A stretch of 63,460 nucleotides of DNA, the filler included, from Octopus bimaculoides (taxonomy: Eukaryota), in NCBI RefSeq assembly GCF_001194135.2. It is 7 parts of 7 records of this genome, joined end to end, with 100 filler letters (N's around TTAATTAATTAA, not from the genome) between each part and the next. Parts side by side here need not be neighbours in the genome. Positions count along the whole stretch, not along the records: positions 26,052 to 54,641 come from NC_068991.1; 6 more parts are not named here. One strand, written 5' to 3'. Position numbers and translations under genes: made by a program. Positions 27,192-39,900 of the stretch are shown here, in pieces; the stretch's first letter is position 1, and every line of letters begins with the position of its first letter. The notes under the pieces were generated by a model, which ran no database searches, was not told the DNA's origin, and saw only the letters and a list, made by a program, of their open reading frames with translations.

Positions 27192-29027
27192 TTGAGAGCC
27201 TCCTCTAATATATGGCATTTGGTGTAAATGAGAGTTTGATGTCGCTACCCTCATTTGCACCTCTTGTCGCGAGGTAGGGTCATCTGGGACTCTCGACAGG
27301 AAGAGGTCCGGTTTTGATTTGAAAGCACCTACATCCACTTAGTGTAGGTACCTCAGGCTCTTTGGAGAATATTAAAAAGCTGTGGGCCCCTGAAACCCAG
27401 GCTGTTGCAGTAACTGGTCCAGAAGCGCGATGGCATTGCTGGGATCTTTGGCACTGTGTAGTGTCGACCCGTTCTGGCATTGGTGTAACTTTCAATGCCA
27501 AAATTTAGCACAATTCCTTCCAGGATCTTCCAGATATATATTACTAAATACCTCTCCCGCCTTCGCTCCAAGGAGTAGAGACTTAGTTGTTTCAACCTTT
27601 CCCAGTAGCTGAGCTGTTGCAACGAGACAATCTTCTTTTGAAACTTCGCTGGATTACTTCATGGTCCGCTGTTAATTTTACACTGTTGGGTGACCATAGC
27701 TGGGAGCAGTAGTCCAGGCGGCTGAGGTTCCGAACGTTCTCAGGATCCATCCTGTCAGTCGTCTGCACTTTGTCGCTCTCCTGGTAATGTGCACTTGGAA
27801 AGAGGTATCATTACTCATGTCGACACCTAGGTCTCTCACCGATTTAGGCTCTGGGATTGTAATCCCCTGTGGACCAGTGTACCCTGTAAGTTTTCTATTC
27901 AGTTTTAGACGCTGGTAGCGCAGGGTTTGGCATTTTTCAGCATTAAACTGTATATTATTGTCCTCAGTCTATCTGTAAATGGAGTCCAACTCCTGCTGCA
28001 GGTGTGCAACATCGCTGGGGTTCTGTATTTTCTGAGAGACTTTTGTATCATCTGCGTAGCTAGTAAGGATGGCTCTCCGGGCAGCTGAGGGAATATCTGA
28101 GAGGGCCACTATGAAAAGCAGTGGTCCCAAGACAGTGCCAAGTGAAACAACGCTTACTATTTGCATTTTCATTCAGGTGGCTCCATTGCCTGACTTCTAT
28201 CTTTCAGAAAGTCCTGCAGCCACTCTCCAAGTTTTCTAGCTATGCCAAGATCACGCAGTTTGTGGCATATCATACCATGATCCACTTTATCAAAAGCTTT
28301 TGCAAAATCAAGTTATATTACCACCACATTTGAGTTGTTGAGTAACTGCCTCAACACTCAGTCATAGTGCTGTAAGAGCTGGGTCAGGCAGCTTCTACCT
28401 GGTCGAAAGCCATGCTGGGTCTCACTCAGCTAGTTGTTTTCGTCAAGGAATGCAATTAGTTTCCCTTTGACTATCCATTCCATGACTTTGCTGATATGTG
28501 AAGTCAGAGAGATAGGCCTATATTTTTCAGCATCTGCTCTGCTTCCTCCTTTATGGATTGGGCATATTATTTCCTCCTTTAGTTTGCTTGGCAGCCTGCT
28601 ATTTCCAAAAAAGCTCTGGAAGAGAATCTGTAGAGGTTTCGCCAGCCAGGGAACGCTAACACGATTTGAGGAGGATTGCAGGGAAACCATCAGGACCAGC
28701 AGCTGAGTTTGCATCCACCTCATCTATGGCTGGTAGTATATCTTCTTCCCTAAAATCGATGTAATTCATCGTAACTGCCTCGCTGGTTATAGATGAGGCG
28801 GCAAGAAAATCCACTGGTTCTTTCACATGTCTCTGTTCCAACGGGTAAAGACATTTTTGAACTGGTCATTCAGTACCTCACTGATCCTGGTTGGACTATC
28901 TGTGAGGGAGCCATCCTTTTGGAAGAGGGGTCCTATTTTGCAGTGTATTGAGGCTGCTTCTTTGGCATAATGAAAGAAGGCTTTTGGGTTTGACTTTTTG
29001 TTTTTTATAACCCAGGCTTTTTTGTCT

Positions 29028-29070
<43 letters not shown>

Positions 29071-29765
29071 TAGGTTTGTTGCAGGCTTTTTTCAATCTCC
29101 ACAGCTTTTGGAATGCTGGTTGAAGCGATTTGCAATCTTCGTTCATCGACTCATGAGGACGCTCCTCTCCCTTGGAATCTTGTTCCTTTTTGTGTTGGCC
29201 TTGTGCTCTGGGACATATTTCTGGCATATGGTTTGCATTACAGACATGCCAATGTCTGGTGTGGAGAGACATTTCGGCAAGTCTTGTCTGAGGATCTCTT
29301 TTTGGATCGATTTCCAGTCTGTTTTGTGGAAGTTCAGACTGGAGAGAGTTTTGGTGCTTCCTTTAGGCTGTATGTCCCTGGCTACTTTTGGTCCATACAT
29401 AGACAGCTCTATTATGTTGTGATCCGAAACTAATGTCGGCGTCGCTTTCACATCATGAATGATGGCCATATTGTTTGTGAAGCAAAGATCCAAAATGTTA
29501 TTTGCCCTAGTTGGTTGAGCAGAGACTCCACCTGTGCTTGTTTGCAATGAGTCATTCCCGAGAGCATGAGGCCTTCGGGCCATTTGACATTGGGGAACTT
29601 TAAATCGCCCATAAGAAATACGCTAACATGGTGTTCCAGTTTCATGAGGATTTCCTTAATTCTTGTGAGGCAATCTTCAAACTTGTCTATGTGGTTTGGA
29701 TCATCCGGTGGGCGATATGTATTGCATATGACTATATTGTGCTGTCTTATGTATACAATTAGAGT
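27192..29765 (-). mobile_element. CR1-like LINE ORF2 (APE endonuclease C-terminal part plus RT), decayed
   Basis: YRPPDD; PTRANNILDLCFTN..SDHNII; AAGPDGFP; YRPISLTSHISKVME; QHGFRPGRSC; LDFAKAFDKVDH; GTVLGPLLF; SYADDTK (28047-28058). Contains stops and frameshifts, with a (GA)n insertion at ~29028-29064. Confidence 0.92.
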
Positions 29766-30309
29766 GTCACATATATATATATATATATATANNNNNNNNN
29801 NNNNNNNNNNNNNNNNNNNNNNNNNNNNNNNNNNNNNNNNNNNNNNNNNNNNNNNNNNNNNNNNNNNNNNNNNNNNNNNNNNNNNNNNNNNNNNNNNNNN
29901 NNNNNNNNNNNNNNNNNNNNNNNNNNNNNNNNNNNNNNNNNNNNNNNNNNNNNNNNNNNNNNNNNNNNNNNNNNNNNNNNNNNNNNNNNNNNGTGTGTGT
30001 GTATGTGTGTATCTGTGTGTGTGTGTCTGTGTGTGTGTGTGTTTGTCCCTCCACCATTGCTTGACAACCGATGTTGGTGTGTTTACGTCCCTGTAACTTA
30101 GCAGTTCGGCAAAAGAGACCGATAGAATAAGTACTAGGCTTGCAAAGAATAAGTCCTGAGGTCGATTTGTTCGACTAAAGGCCGTGCTCCAGCATGGCCG
30201 TTGTCAAATGACTGAAACAAATAAAAGAAAAAAAAGAATATCTTTATTAAGAAACATTTCTCATGGAAGACAAAATGGAAAAAGCGTTGCCTCTGAGGAT
30301 GGCGAAGGA

Positions 30310-30590
30310 AATGTCATAGATGTAGTTGGATGCTTGTCATAATTGTTGGTGAATATATTTCATAGATGTAGTTAGATATATGTCATAAATGTGTCAAATG
30401 TGTCATAGATGGGTTTGTTGTATGTCATAATTGTATAAGATGCATGTCATAGATTTAGTTAGATGGGTTTGACTGTAAATCATTGACATAGTTAATTGAA
30501 TGACATACGTGTGTTTATCTTAAGTCGTACACAGTAAGATGCCTCAAATATGTGGTAAAAGTATGTCATTGATGACTGTCATAAATGCAT
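30310..30590. repeat. Cryptic repeat with core TGTCATAGATG
   Basis: About ten recurrences of tgtcata(g/a) at short irregular spacing. Confidence 0.6.
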
Positions 30591-31108
30591 GTCACTTTGA
30601 TCTTTTATTATCATGAGTATTAATTACTAAAACAAGATTTTTCTGTATTCATCACGGAATTAGTCTTGAGAAATCAAAGGGAAATAACTTATATTGGAAA
30701 ACTCAATACAAAGACTATAGGATAGGCGTTTACCGCAAAGCTTGCTAATTTTTTCCGGAATTTTAAATTAGGATCAATAACTCATGTTTAGCATGTAATC
30801 AACCTGTGTAGGTGCTACACAAAGATAGGGAGGATTCATTTGATGTGATCTTGTCGTAAGCTTTCTTTTATTCTCATAGACTGCATCGAACAAGATGTTA
30901 CAACGAAGAGATGCCAAGAACATTTCGAAAATCTATAAATGAATGCGCGTGTGTGTGTATGAGTGTAAATAAATCCATACACACATGCATGCATGCATGC
31001 ATGCATGCATGCATACATACATGCATACATGCATACATACATAATACATACATACATACATACATTTATACATACATACATACATACATACATACATACA
31101 TACATACA

Positions 31109-32244
31109 TGTATAAAGGCCGTGCGATGTGAGCTGAGGAGAATGGCTCTCTTGTACCACATCACACAGCCGTTGCTATAAAGAAAGATTGAATGGAACAA
31201 ATGAATGCGAGATGGAAAAGAGACAACCGCGTAGGTATGATTAATGAGAACATTTATTGATATCATAACATGTGTGTCTGTGTGCGTCATGTATACAGAA
31301 TAATAGACAAGCCGTCATGAGAACAAAGTGTATGTGTGCGAGTAGGTATAGATATATGCGCATTTAAGGATGACAATGAAGTAGATAGTGAAAGTGTCTA
31401 TAGCCATCGAAGTGAGAAGTAAGTTCATAGACACAAGAAAGGTGATAATACCAGTTCGTAGTCAATAGTACACGGTAGTTGAAATACTGTATCAAGAAGT
31501 CACGACCATGATGCTGAGCCGGTTACAGGTGTATGTCATACGTGAAATCGCGGCTGTGATGCTGCTGCCTGGGTCACTTGTACAGGAGTTCATGCAGGTT
31601 GTATATTCGCTGTTGATTTGTAGCGAAGTAATTCACGACCAGTGAACTGTTGGAACCTGGGTGAACTGCTTGCTGAGCTGTGTACGCAGAGAGATGATGT
31701 TGGCGACGTTAAGGACATGATAGTGGCGACGAAAACGGCGGTTCGTTGAATGTCATGGTGACGAAGCTGGTAAGTCTCAACGTAGCTGCTGTGGTGGTGG
31801 TGTTGTCTGGCGTTGTCGCTGGAACTGGCTGTGTCTTTGTGGTCAGTGGCTAGACCTTAAAAGGTCTGGAGCTAAAGTCTCCGGAAAGAGGAAAAGCTGG
31901 GTGTTTATAAGGAGCTGTAAGTTCAAACAGGGTGGTAAACTGTCCCACGTGATCTTATTTAGAGCCTCCGACTGGTTATACGCGGTAAGTTGGCGCAACA
32001 GAGTAAGAGACAAATTGCGCCAATACCAACCAATCAGATTAGTGGACACAACGGGATCCAAATAGCGGCCAAAGGCTAGCTGTTTACTGCTACGTTCGAA
32101 TGCACGTATATATAATAAATGGGAGAATCCATCATGGGGACCGTAAAAATCTGTAAAACCTTCCAGAAGTTTATCATTTAAATATATATGAGCATGTCTA
32201 GATATGCAACTATAAGCATGAGAATACGTACATAAAACAAAACA
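31109..32244 (-). mobile_element. Possible solo LTR
   Basis: CpG-richer ~1.1-kb block between (TACA)n tracts, with TG...CA ends and a possible TACA TSD. Minus strand has TATAAA (~31905) and AATAAA (31253-31258). No coding potential. Confidence 0.4.
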
Positions 32245-32749
32245 TACAAATCTGCACATATACATACATACATACATACATACATACATACAAACAACCA
32301 AAAATACCCTGTTGTTGATGTTGAAATTCCAATGAAGCAGCATTAGATCTAGGTTAGAAACCGGCTCTTTCTTTGTTGACAAGAAATCTTGAAGTAAAAC
32401 TGAACAATAACATACATACATACAAACATACTAACATATGAAGAGTATATAAGGATAAATTATCCAGTTAGGCACCCTAATAGCTCTCAGGTATATTCCA
32501 GATCCTGGCTAGCCACATCAAGTAGTAAGGGGCATCAAGGAGCGTTTAGGGTGAGAAATCCCACTGTAATTCTTCTGATGGGTAAATCCAGATACACTTC
32601 TCTGGATTATGAATACTTGCAGGAGTATAGATCCAAAGCAATAACAAAGAATTAACTAACTAATTATGCTGTATAATTAACTGTTAAATTAAAAGAAAAA
32701 TTTGAAGATGTACCAGTCTCTGTATTCATTTTTATTGTTATATATATAT

Positions 32750-33098
32750 TTGCTTCCCAACCACATGGTTCTGGGTTCAGTCTCACTGTGTGACACCTTG
32801 GGCAAGTGTCTTCTACTATAGTCTCGGGTCGACCAAAGTCTAGTTAGTGGATTTGGTAGACAGGAAACTGAAAGAAGCCTTTCGTGCGTGTGTGTGTTTG
32901 TGTCTGTGTTCTAACCCCTACTACCATCGCTTGACAACTGGTGCTGATGTTCTTATGTCCCCGCAACTTAGCGGTTTAGCAAAAGATATCGATAGAATAA
33001 GTACCAGGCTTATAAAAAGTAAGTACTGGGGTCAATACATTCGACTAAAAATTCTTCAAGGTGGTGTCCCAGCATGGCTGCAGTCTTATGACTGAAAC
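32750..33098 (+). mobile_element. SINE family 2 with internal microsatellite (other copies ~9662-9925, 13918-14180, 29993-30235, 35030-35275, 46870-47165, 54105-54274, 58845-59065, 63012-63230, 63305-63460)
   Basis: tRNA-like head (cttcccaaccacatggttctgggttcagt), central (TG)n/(TA)n, and tail cttgacaacc...gatagaataagtac...ccagcatggc.gcagtc..atgactgaaac recurring about ten times. Confidence 0.8.
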
Positions 33099-33221
33099 GA
33101 GTTGTAGCTGTAATTGAATGGGGCCTTCTTGTCACATTCTGTGTGAGGCTGAATCTCCCTGAGAATTACGTTAATGATATGCATGTCTGTGGAGTACTCA
33201 GTCACTTGCGCGTGTGGTAAT

Positions 33222-33244
33222 GAAAAGTGAAAGTGACATCCAAT
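33222..33244 (+). promoter_or_regulatory. IRF-element-like motif plus CCAAT
   Basis: GAAAAGTGAAAGT (33222-33234) matches the IRF-E consensus and is followed by TGACATCCAAT. It is conserved at 49406-49428. Confidence 0.4.
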
Positions 33245-33423
33245 ATTTGCTGTAGTTATTTGTCTTTGATTTAACAATGTGTCTATGTATCTACTTTTTT
33301 TTCGATCTATGTATCTACTTTTCATTCAATGTATGTGTCAGTCTACTCTGAAAGTACTGATAAATATTTTTAAAAACACAAAACGAACGCCACCTTTCTT
33401 TCAGTTACCACTCACTGTCTCTC

Positions 33424-33487
<64 letters not shown>

Positions 33488-33864
33488 TCACTTCCTCTCT
33501 GTCCCTCCTCTCTCCCGCTTTTAATTTAACAATGTGTGTATGTATCTATGTATGTATGTACCTACTTTTCTTTCGCTGTATGTACCAGTCTACTCTGAAA
33601 ATACTGATAAATATTTAAAAACAAAAAAAAGGAACACCACCTTCCTTTCGGTCACCACTCAGTGTCTCTCTCACTCTCTCTTTTTCTCTTTCACTTCCTC
33701 TCTGTCTCCTCTCTCTCGCTTTGCCACTCACTTGAACTATACTTCCTCTGCTTAACACCTTTTATTTCTCTTTATCTTTGTACCACTCCCTTCAACCGTT
33801 TTACCTCTTCATTTGCTGTGTAACACACACCACAGGTACGTACGAATGTAAAAAAAAAGTTAGC

Positions 33865-34638
33865 ATATTAATATTATTGATGATGATGATTATTACGAAG
33901 TTGCATAGCATTACATTTAATTCTTTTAATATATATACACATATTTCAACTGCACCCAGTAATGACCGTTGCAACTCTACTATAATACCGATGCAGTTTC
34001 TTCAAGGTCTTAATATTCTTCGATTTAACTGTTTAAAGTTTTTCGTTCATCCACTCTGCGTTGTATGATGTAGGGGTGTCCGTTAAGTTAGACGTGAACA
34101 ATCTCCATTTCAAGCTTTCAGTGGATAATCACTTATAGTCCATTATTTCAAACCATTCTGTTGTTTAAATGTTTATTATTCATATATACTGGGCAAATGT
34201 AAATTTCCTCATGTGCAAGCATCTCAAAGATTGTTCCTGTCTAAAATTTGTTACATTACTCTTGGACGAAAAATTCTGGTAAAATTCTGCTAAACAGAGG
34301 TCACATTTTTGTAGTGCCAGGTCTGTGGCTTTGCAGTACAAATTAATTCCCAATCGATAGTATAGTCTTTGTTTATGTCTGTAACAGACCAGATTAATTC
34401 GCTAAGACTTGTTTGGAATCTTTCATTATTATCTTTAAATGAGCTCAAATAATTTGCAAGTCTCCTCTTGAAGACCCTGAAAAATTTGCACCAGTGTTAT
34501 AGTAGGGTTGCAATTGCAGTTGAAACATGTGTAGGTCTATGTAAAGCTGCCTATATATTAAAAGAATTAAAGGTACAATTAAAGGTAATGCTATGCAACT
34601 TCGTAATGATAATAATGATAATAATAATAGTAATAATG

Positions 34639-34640
<2 letters not shown>
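33865..34640. mobile_element. ~150-bp inverted repeats enclosing a Penelope-like GIY-YIG 3' fragment
   Basis: 33865-34015 is inverted at 34470-34625. Inner minus-strand peptides SFKDNNERFQTSLSELIW..YTIDWELI and CDLCLAE..RQEQSLRCLHMRKF match the PLE C-terminus. Confidence 0.7.
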
Positions 34641-34688
<48 letters not shown>

Positions 34689-35344
34689 TATTATTATTAT
34701 TATTATATACATATATGAATATATATATATATGCATGTATATGTATANNNNNNNNNNNNNNNNNNNNNNNNNNNNNNNNNNNNNNNNNNNNNNNNNNNNN
34801 NNNNNNNNNNNNNNNNNNNNNNNNNNNNNNNNNNNNNNNNNNNTATATGTATGTGTATATATTTATAAATATATTTATATATATGTATATATATAAATAT
34901 ATACATATATGTAGATATAAATATGTATATGTATGTGTATATATTTATAAATATATTTATATATATGTATGTGTATGCATACATATACGCATATATATGC
35001 GTATATATAAATGTATGTATGTATATGCGATCGTGTGTGTGTGTGTGTGTGTGTGGGGGCTTTGTGTTTGCGTTTGTTCTCCTCACCACTTGACAACCGG
35101 TGCTGGTTTGATTGCGTTCCCATAACCTAGCGGGTTGGCAAAAGTGCCCTATGGAATAAGTACCTTACTTCAAAAATAATAAGGACTGGGTTCGATTCAT
35201 TCGATTAGATATTCGTCAAGGTAATGTCACAGCATGGCCACAGTCTGATAACTGAAACAAGTAAAATGTAAAAAGATAGATTTAAAATGAAATTCTAATG
35301 TATAACCACAATATTATCCTTTAAGTAATAATTACAGGTTACCT

Positions 35345-35368
35345 TACTTAATCTGTTTATTTTTTCAG
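35345..35368 (+). promoter_or_regulatory. Splice acceptor of a 5'-UTR intron of UGT copy 1
   Basis: ttaatctgtttattttttcAG|gcc, ending 20 nt upstream of the ATG at 35388. Confidence 0.65.
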
Positions 35369-35387
35369 GCCACAACTTCAGGAAATA

Positions 35388-37053
35388 ATGATGAAGATTT
35401 TGTTCATCAGTATATCGGCGCTATACACCGTTATTTTTTTTTTACCGATAGTTAACGGTAAAAATATTTTATACCTAGCATGGCCTTTCTATAGCCACGT
35501 AAACCCAATGATTTCTATAGCAAACGAATTATCAAAGTATGGACACAATAACTATTTTATACTAAATATAAAACTCACTAAAACTTTCCAAAATGAACAA
35601 AACATAAATATCCTTCCAATGGACGAGATCACAGAATTTAGTAAAACCTTTTCTGACGCACAGCACAAAATAACATCAAAACGAATATATGTGATAAGAA
35701 GGATTTTGACTTTGATTCCTCTGATATGTGATAGAATTCTGAAGAATGAGAAATGGATCGAATCATTGCGAGCGGTTAATGCCAGTTTAGCTGTTATTAA
35801 TGGACTATTTCCGACAAATTGTCTTACAATAATNNNNNNNNNNNNNNNNNNNNNNNNNNNNNNNNNNNNNNNNNNNNNNNNNNNNNNNNNNNNNNNNNNN
35901 NNNNNNNNNNNNNNNNNNNNNNNNNNNNNNNNNNNNNNNNNNNNNNNNNNNNNNNNNNNNNNNNNNNNNNNNNNNNNNNNNNNNNNNNNNNNNNNNNNNN
36001 NNNNNNNNNNNNNNNNNNNNNNNNNNNNNNNNNNNNNNNNNNNNNNNNNNNNNNNNNNNNNNNNNNNNNNNNNNNNNNNNNNNNNNNNNNNNNNNNNNNN
36101 NNNNNNNNNNNNNNNNNNNNNNNNNNNNNNNNNNNNNNNNNNNNNNNNNNNNNNNNNNNNNNNNNNNNNNNNNNNNNNNNNNNNNNNNNNNNNNNNNNNN
36201 NNNNNNNNNNNNNNNNNNNNNNNNNNNNNNNNNNNNNNNNNNNNNNNNNNNNNNNNNNNNNNNNNNNNNNNNNNNNNNNNNNNNNNNNNNNNNNNNNNNN
36301 NNNNNNNNNNNNNNNNNNNNNNNNNNNNNNGTTGTGGTGTCATTTGGCAGTAATATCAATGATTTCCCTGCTGTTCAGCTAGAAAAGCTACAGAGCGCAT
36401 TGAAACAAATAAAATATGATGTTGTGTGGAGACAGAAGAAAACATCATTTTCTCATAAGAATATTTATATCAGTGATTGGATACCACAAAATGATCTGCT
36501 TGGCCATCCTAAAACTAAATTATTTGTTACTCATTGTGGAAATAACGGTCAATTTGAAGCTTTGTTCCATGGTGTGCCAATGCTGGGAATACCTTTATTT
36601 GGAGACCAACATTATAACTCACGCAGAATGACCGAAAAAGGGTACGGAGTGTCTTTAAATATAGAGAACTTTACCCCGGAGGAATTAATAGAGAAAATAA
36701 AAGAACTGATTGAAAATAAAACATATTCTGAGAAAATTAAAAGAGCTAGTGAAATATTCCACTCCCGACCCGAATATCCATCGAAGAAATCAGCNNNNNN
36801 NNNNGCTAGTGAAATATTCCACTCCCGACCCGAATATCCATCGAAGAAATCAGCCCGCCATATTGATCACATCTTGAAATACGGTGGAGAATATCTAAAA
36901 TCTCCATGTCAAGAGAGTCGATTATATGAATTTTTCATGATCGATGTATTGGCTCCTATATTTGCAGTAATATCACTTTTGATATATTTGACCTGTCTAA
37001 TTGGGAAAAAATGTTTAACTATCTTTTGTAAGAAGAAAACGAAGACTGACTAA
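35388..37053 (+). CDS. UGT: UDP-glycosyltransferase, subtype A, intronless CDS interrupted by assembly gaps
   Basis: N-terminal part (MMKILF...YSHVNPM...VINGLF) runs to the gap at 35834-36330. The C-terminal part has the UGT signature (WIPQNDLLGHP...GDQHYN), a TM helix and KKKTKTD*. No stops in the visible sequence. A ~50-bp duplication around the 10-N gap at 36795-36804 is probably artefactual. Confidence 0.88.
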
Positions 37054-37352
37054 ATTATGTTTCGGTAAGCTCAAATATGTAAATCATACCTCTTTTGTTT
37101 TGCTTTATGTAAATCAAGTTCTAACTGCAATAACCCTGAAAGCATAATTTTGTTTTTGTATAGAAATTTTAATTTGCATCGTAAATTATGTTCAGCTTTT
37201 TTAAACCAACACCCGCTGATTGTTTTTATATGTAATTTTCCCAGATAAAGTGACATTGTATATTCAGTGTCCAACGGATTCTCATCCTGATGATATGGAG
37301 AAAAATATTGCAGCCTAATACAGCCGTTTGTCTTACGTAATGAACATACATT

Positions 37353-37562
37353 AGAGTGACAGAGAGGTAGCTGTGCAAATATTGAGAAAAAACTTATATC
37401 ATCAGTCAATTGTAAAAGCTGTGATAAAATTAGTAAATTAATGAAACAGTTACGTACCTATATAACTGTTTAATTAATTTACTAATTTTTTCACAGCCTT
37501 TACAATTCATTGATAAAATAAGTTTATTCTAAATATTTGCACAGCCACCTCTCTGTCACTCT
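37353..37562. mobile_element. Palindromic MITE-like element (~100-bp arms, ~10-nt loop)
   Basis: AGAGTGACAGAGAGG...CCTCTCTGTCACTCT termini, with arms complementary nearly throughout. Confidence 0.85.
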
Positions 37563-38829
37563 TATAATTAAGAATCAGAAATATTAATCTCATTTGTCCA
37601 ATAATCAAATCAGAATTATTGTCCTTTTCCCCTTTATCTAACGTCTAATTTCATTTCACATCGTTAAAATTTGAATTCTGTTTGCATTGCCATATCAAAG
37701 AACGGAACCGAAATCGTTGCTGTTTAAACACTTCTTACCTATACATAGTAATACATGGGTTTATATATTTTTTCTTTATAGCATTATCATGATCACATGA
37801 TCATTATCATGATCATTATCATCATAATAATCATCATTGAACGTTCATGTTCTATGCTGGCATTAGTTGAAAGACTTGACAGCTACTACGAGACCCAAGG
37901 ATTAAATTGTGCGCTTCTATCTGTTTTGGCATTGTTTCCTAACGCAAATGCCCTTCTTAACGCACAACTTTTATAGTGTGTACTGGTTACTGTTTTTTGT
38001 GCCACGTGCACTAGTGAGATGAAAATTCAGCTGGAAAATGATAACCCGAAGAGAGGCAGATTTTATGCTAAAAGATGAGACGAAAGGAGGCAGAACAGAA
38101 CAGGTTTCTTGATGTAGTATGAGCACATGACAACTCATATTTTACTAACTGGACACGTGAAAAATTCACGGAAAACATAAAAAATATAAGCATCTGTAAA
38201 TTGATTTCTGGTGCTGTGAGAAATGTTTCTGTATTGTGACAGTTACAGAATATAGAAAGAAGTGTAAAACCGATAACTTTATAATCCAACCAAAATATCT
38301 CAGTTACTCAAACGTAAACTGAATTACTATTTAGCCTCAAAATACATTGTACATATTCAGAGAACCCTCTTGGTTTAGTGGCACGAAACGTTCTTCTGGT
38401 AGTCGTTTACTTGTTTCAATAATTTGACGGTGGTCAAGCTGGAGAAGGAAGGGAGTGAATATAATGAAAGAAGAAACGTTGAGTGTTCATAAAAGGATGG
38501 AAGGAATTGGGTAGGGTGGTGAATGACGTAGTAAATGGTGGATAAAGGGTGAGGGCGACCAATTATGCATGGCGGTGGGGAGGGGAAGAGCAGCAGAAGA
38601 GTAATGTTGGTTCGGTATACAAGGTAAGGAAGCGAGAAAGAGAGAGAAAGTGAGAGAGAGAGAGAGAGAGAAGGAGAGAGAGAAAGACGGTGATAGAAAG
38701 TGAAGATTTGACAGGTTGTAAGAGTGTAGGGAAAGGGGAAAGAGAGGTAGCTGGAGGGCATGGGGTGGGTAAGAAGGAGAACTTCAAAATTGCTTTGCTA
38801 TTCATTACTAAGTTGGATAGTCACGTATG

Positions 38830-39045
38830 GGGTTTCATATCTACTGCAACACCACATGTGATTAAGTGAAAGGTAATTGAAAAATCCACACTTATTTCAA
38901 TGGATCAAATAAATGTAATCTATGTTTAGCTGAAAGAAATCAGCTCCTTTTGAGATCCAAGATCCCTAACTCATCATTGAACTCTAGGTCTGAAATTTTC
39001 AGGGGTTGTAAACATATGTCTAAGTACATTTTGAAGAATTGGAAA
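38830..39045 (+). mobile_element. Penelope-like GIY-YIG C-terminal fragment (paralog at ~50520-50710)
   Basis: YFNGSNKCNLCLAE...LNSRSEIFRGCKHMSKYILKNW. Confidence 0.7.
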
Positions 39046-39074
39046 ATTACACCTACATCTGATCAACTTGTTGT

Positions 39075-39900
39075 TATCTTTCCAGGCTTATATAACATTT
39101 CATAATAGTGACCCAGCTACAGCATCATGTCTCATCGGCAGATAATACCGTGATGACATTTTCGGACAACTGCTTATGATGTCGGTGATATCTTTGGTGT
39201 TAATTCCACAACGTCTGCATCGGTTGTCATATTTTACTGCTTTTCTTGCACCTCTATCCCTTTTGTGCATCGGGAACTTGGTTGATGTTCCTTTTCCCTG
39301 ATTGCAAACGCATTCCCTTCAAAGTAAGAAGTAGTAATCCTGCTATTGGTCCATGATAGACTGCTTTGATGATTAGTGTTAGTATCATCTTGGAGCTTTC
39401 TACTAACATATATATGCATGGTCTTCTGCTTATACAGGCTCATCGTTTCATCTGATGATACGTTGTGGTAGAGTCGTGCGACTTCATTGGTCATGTATTC
39501 TAGGTTATCAAAGAGCGTTGCTCAATGAGCTAACTTCCAACTCTTGTGATATTATCAACCTCATGTATGCAAACTTGATCAAGGGATGCACTTCGACACT
39601 TGGTGGTTAAATGATGTTGCCGAAAGGATATGATACAACAGTCAAATGTATTTTGGATCAATGTTAAGCCTCTGCCGCCTTGCTTTCATTTTTGGAAGAG
39701 GCGGTCTACGTCACTATTTATGTGGAAATTATTTGTGCTTGACAGTATTTTTCGGGTTTTGACATCAATAGCTCGGATGTCATCAAGTGTCCAATGAAAC
39801 AGCCCAAATGTTGGTATGAGTACTGGCACTGCAAACACATTGTGGGCCACTGTTTTATTGGATGCAGAGAGTTCTGAGGCTCAAATTTTCTTTATTGGGC
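39075..39900 (-). mobile_element. R4-clade LINE fragment (thumb to CCHC)
   Basis: NVFAVPVLIPTFG..WT.DDIRAIDVKTRKIL..HINSDVDRL..GGRGL; SLSWTNS..FEGNAFAI; CRRCG..DIISSCPKMS.RYYLPMRHDAVA. Confidence 0.8.

Noticed and set aside
37287-37310. CTGATGA motifs (37287, 39452, 45317, 51116) as hammerhead ribozymes
   Set aside because: No stem II followed by GAAA in the required geometry.
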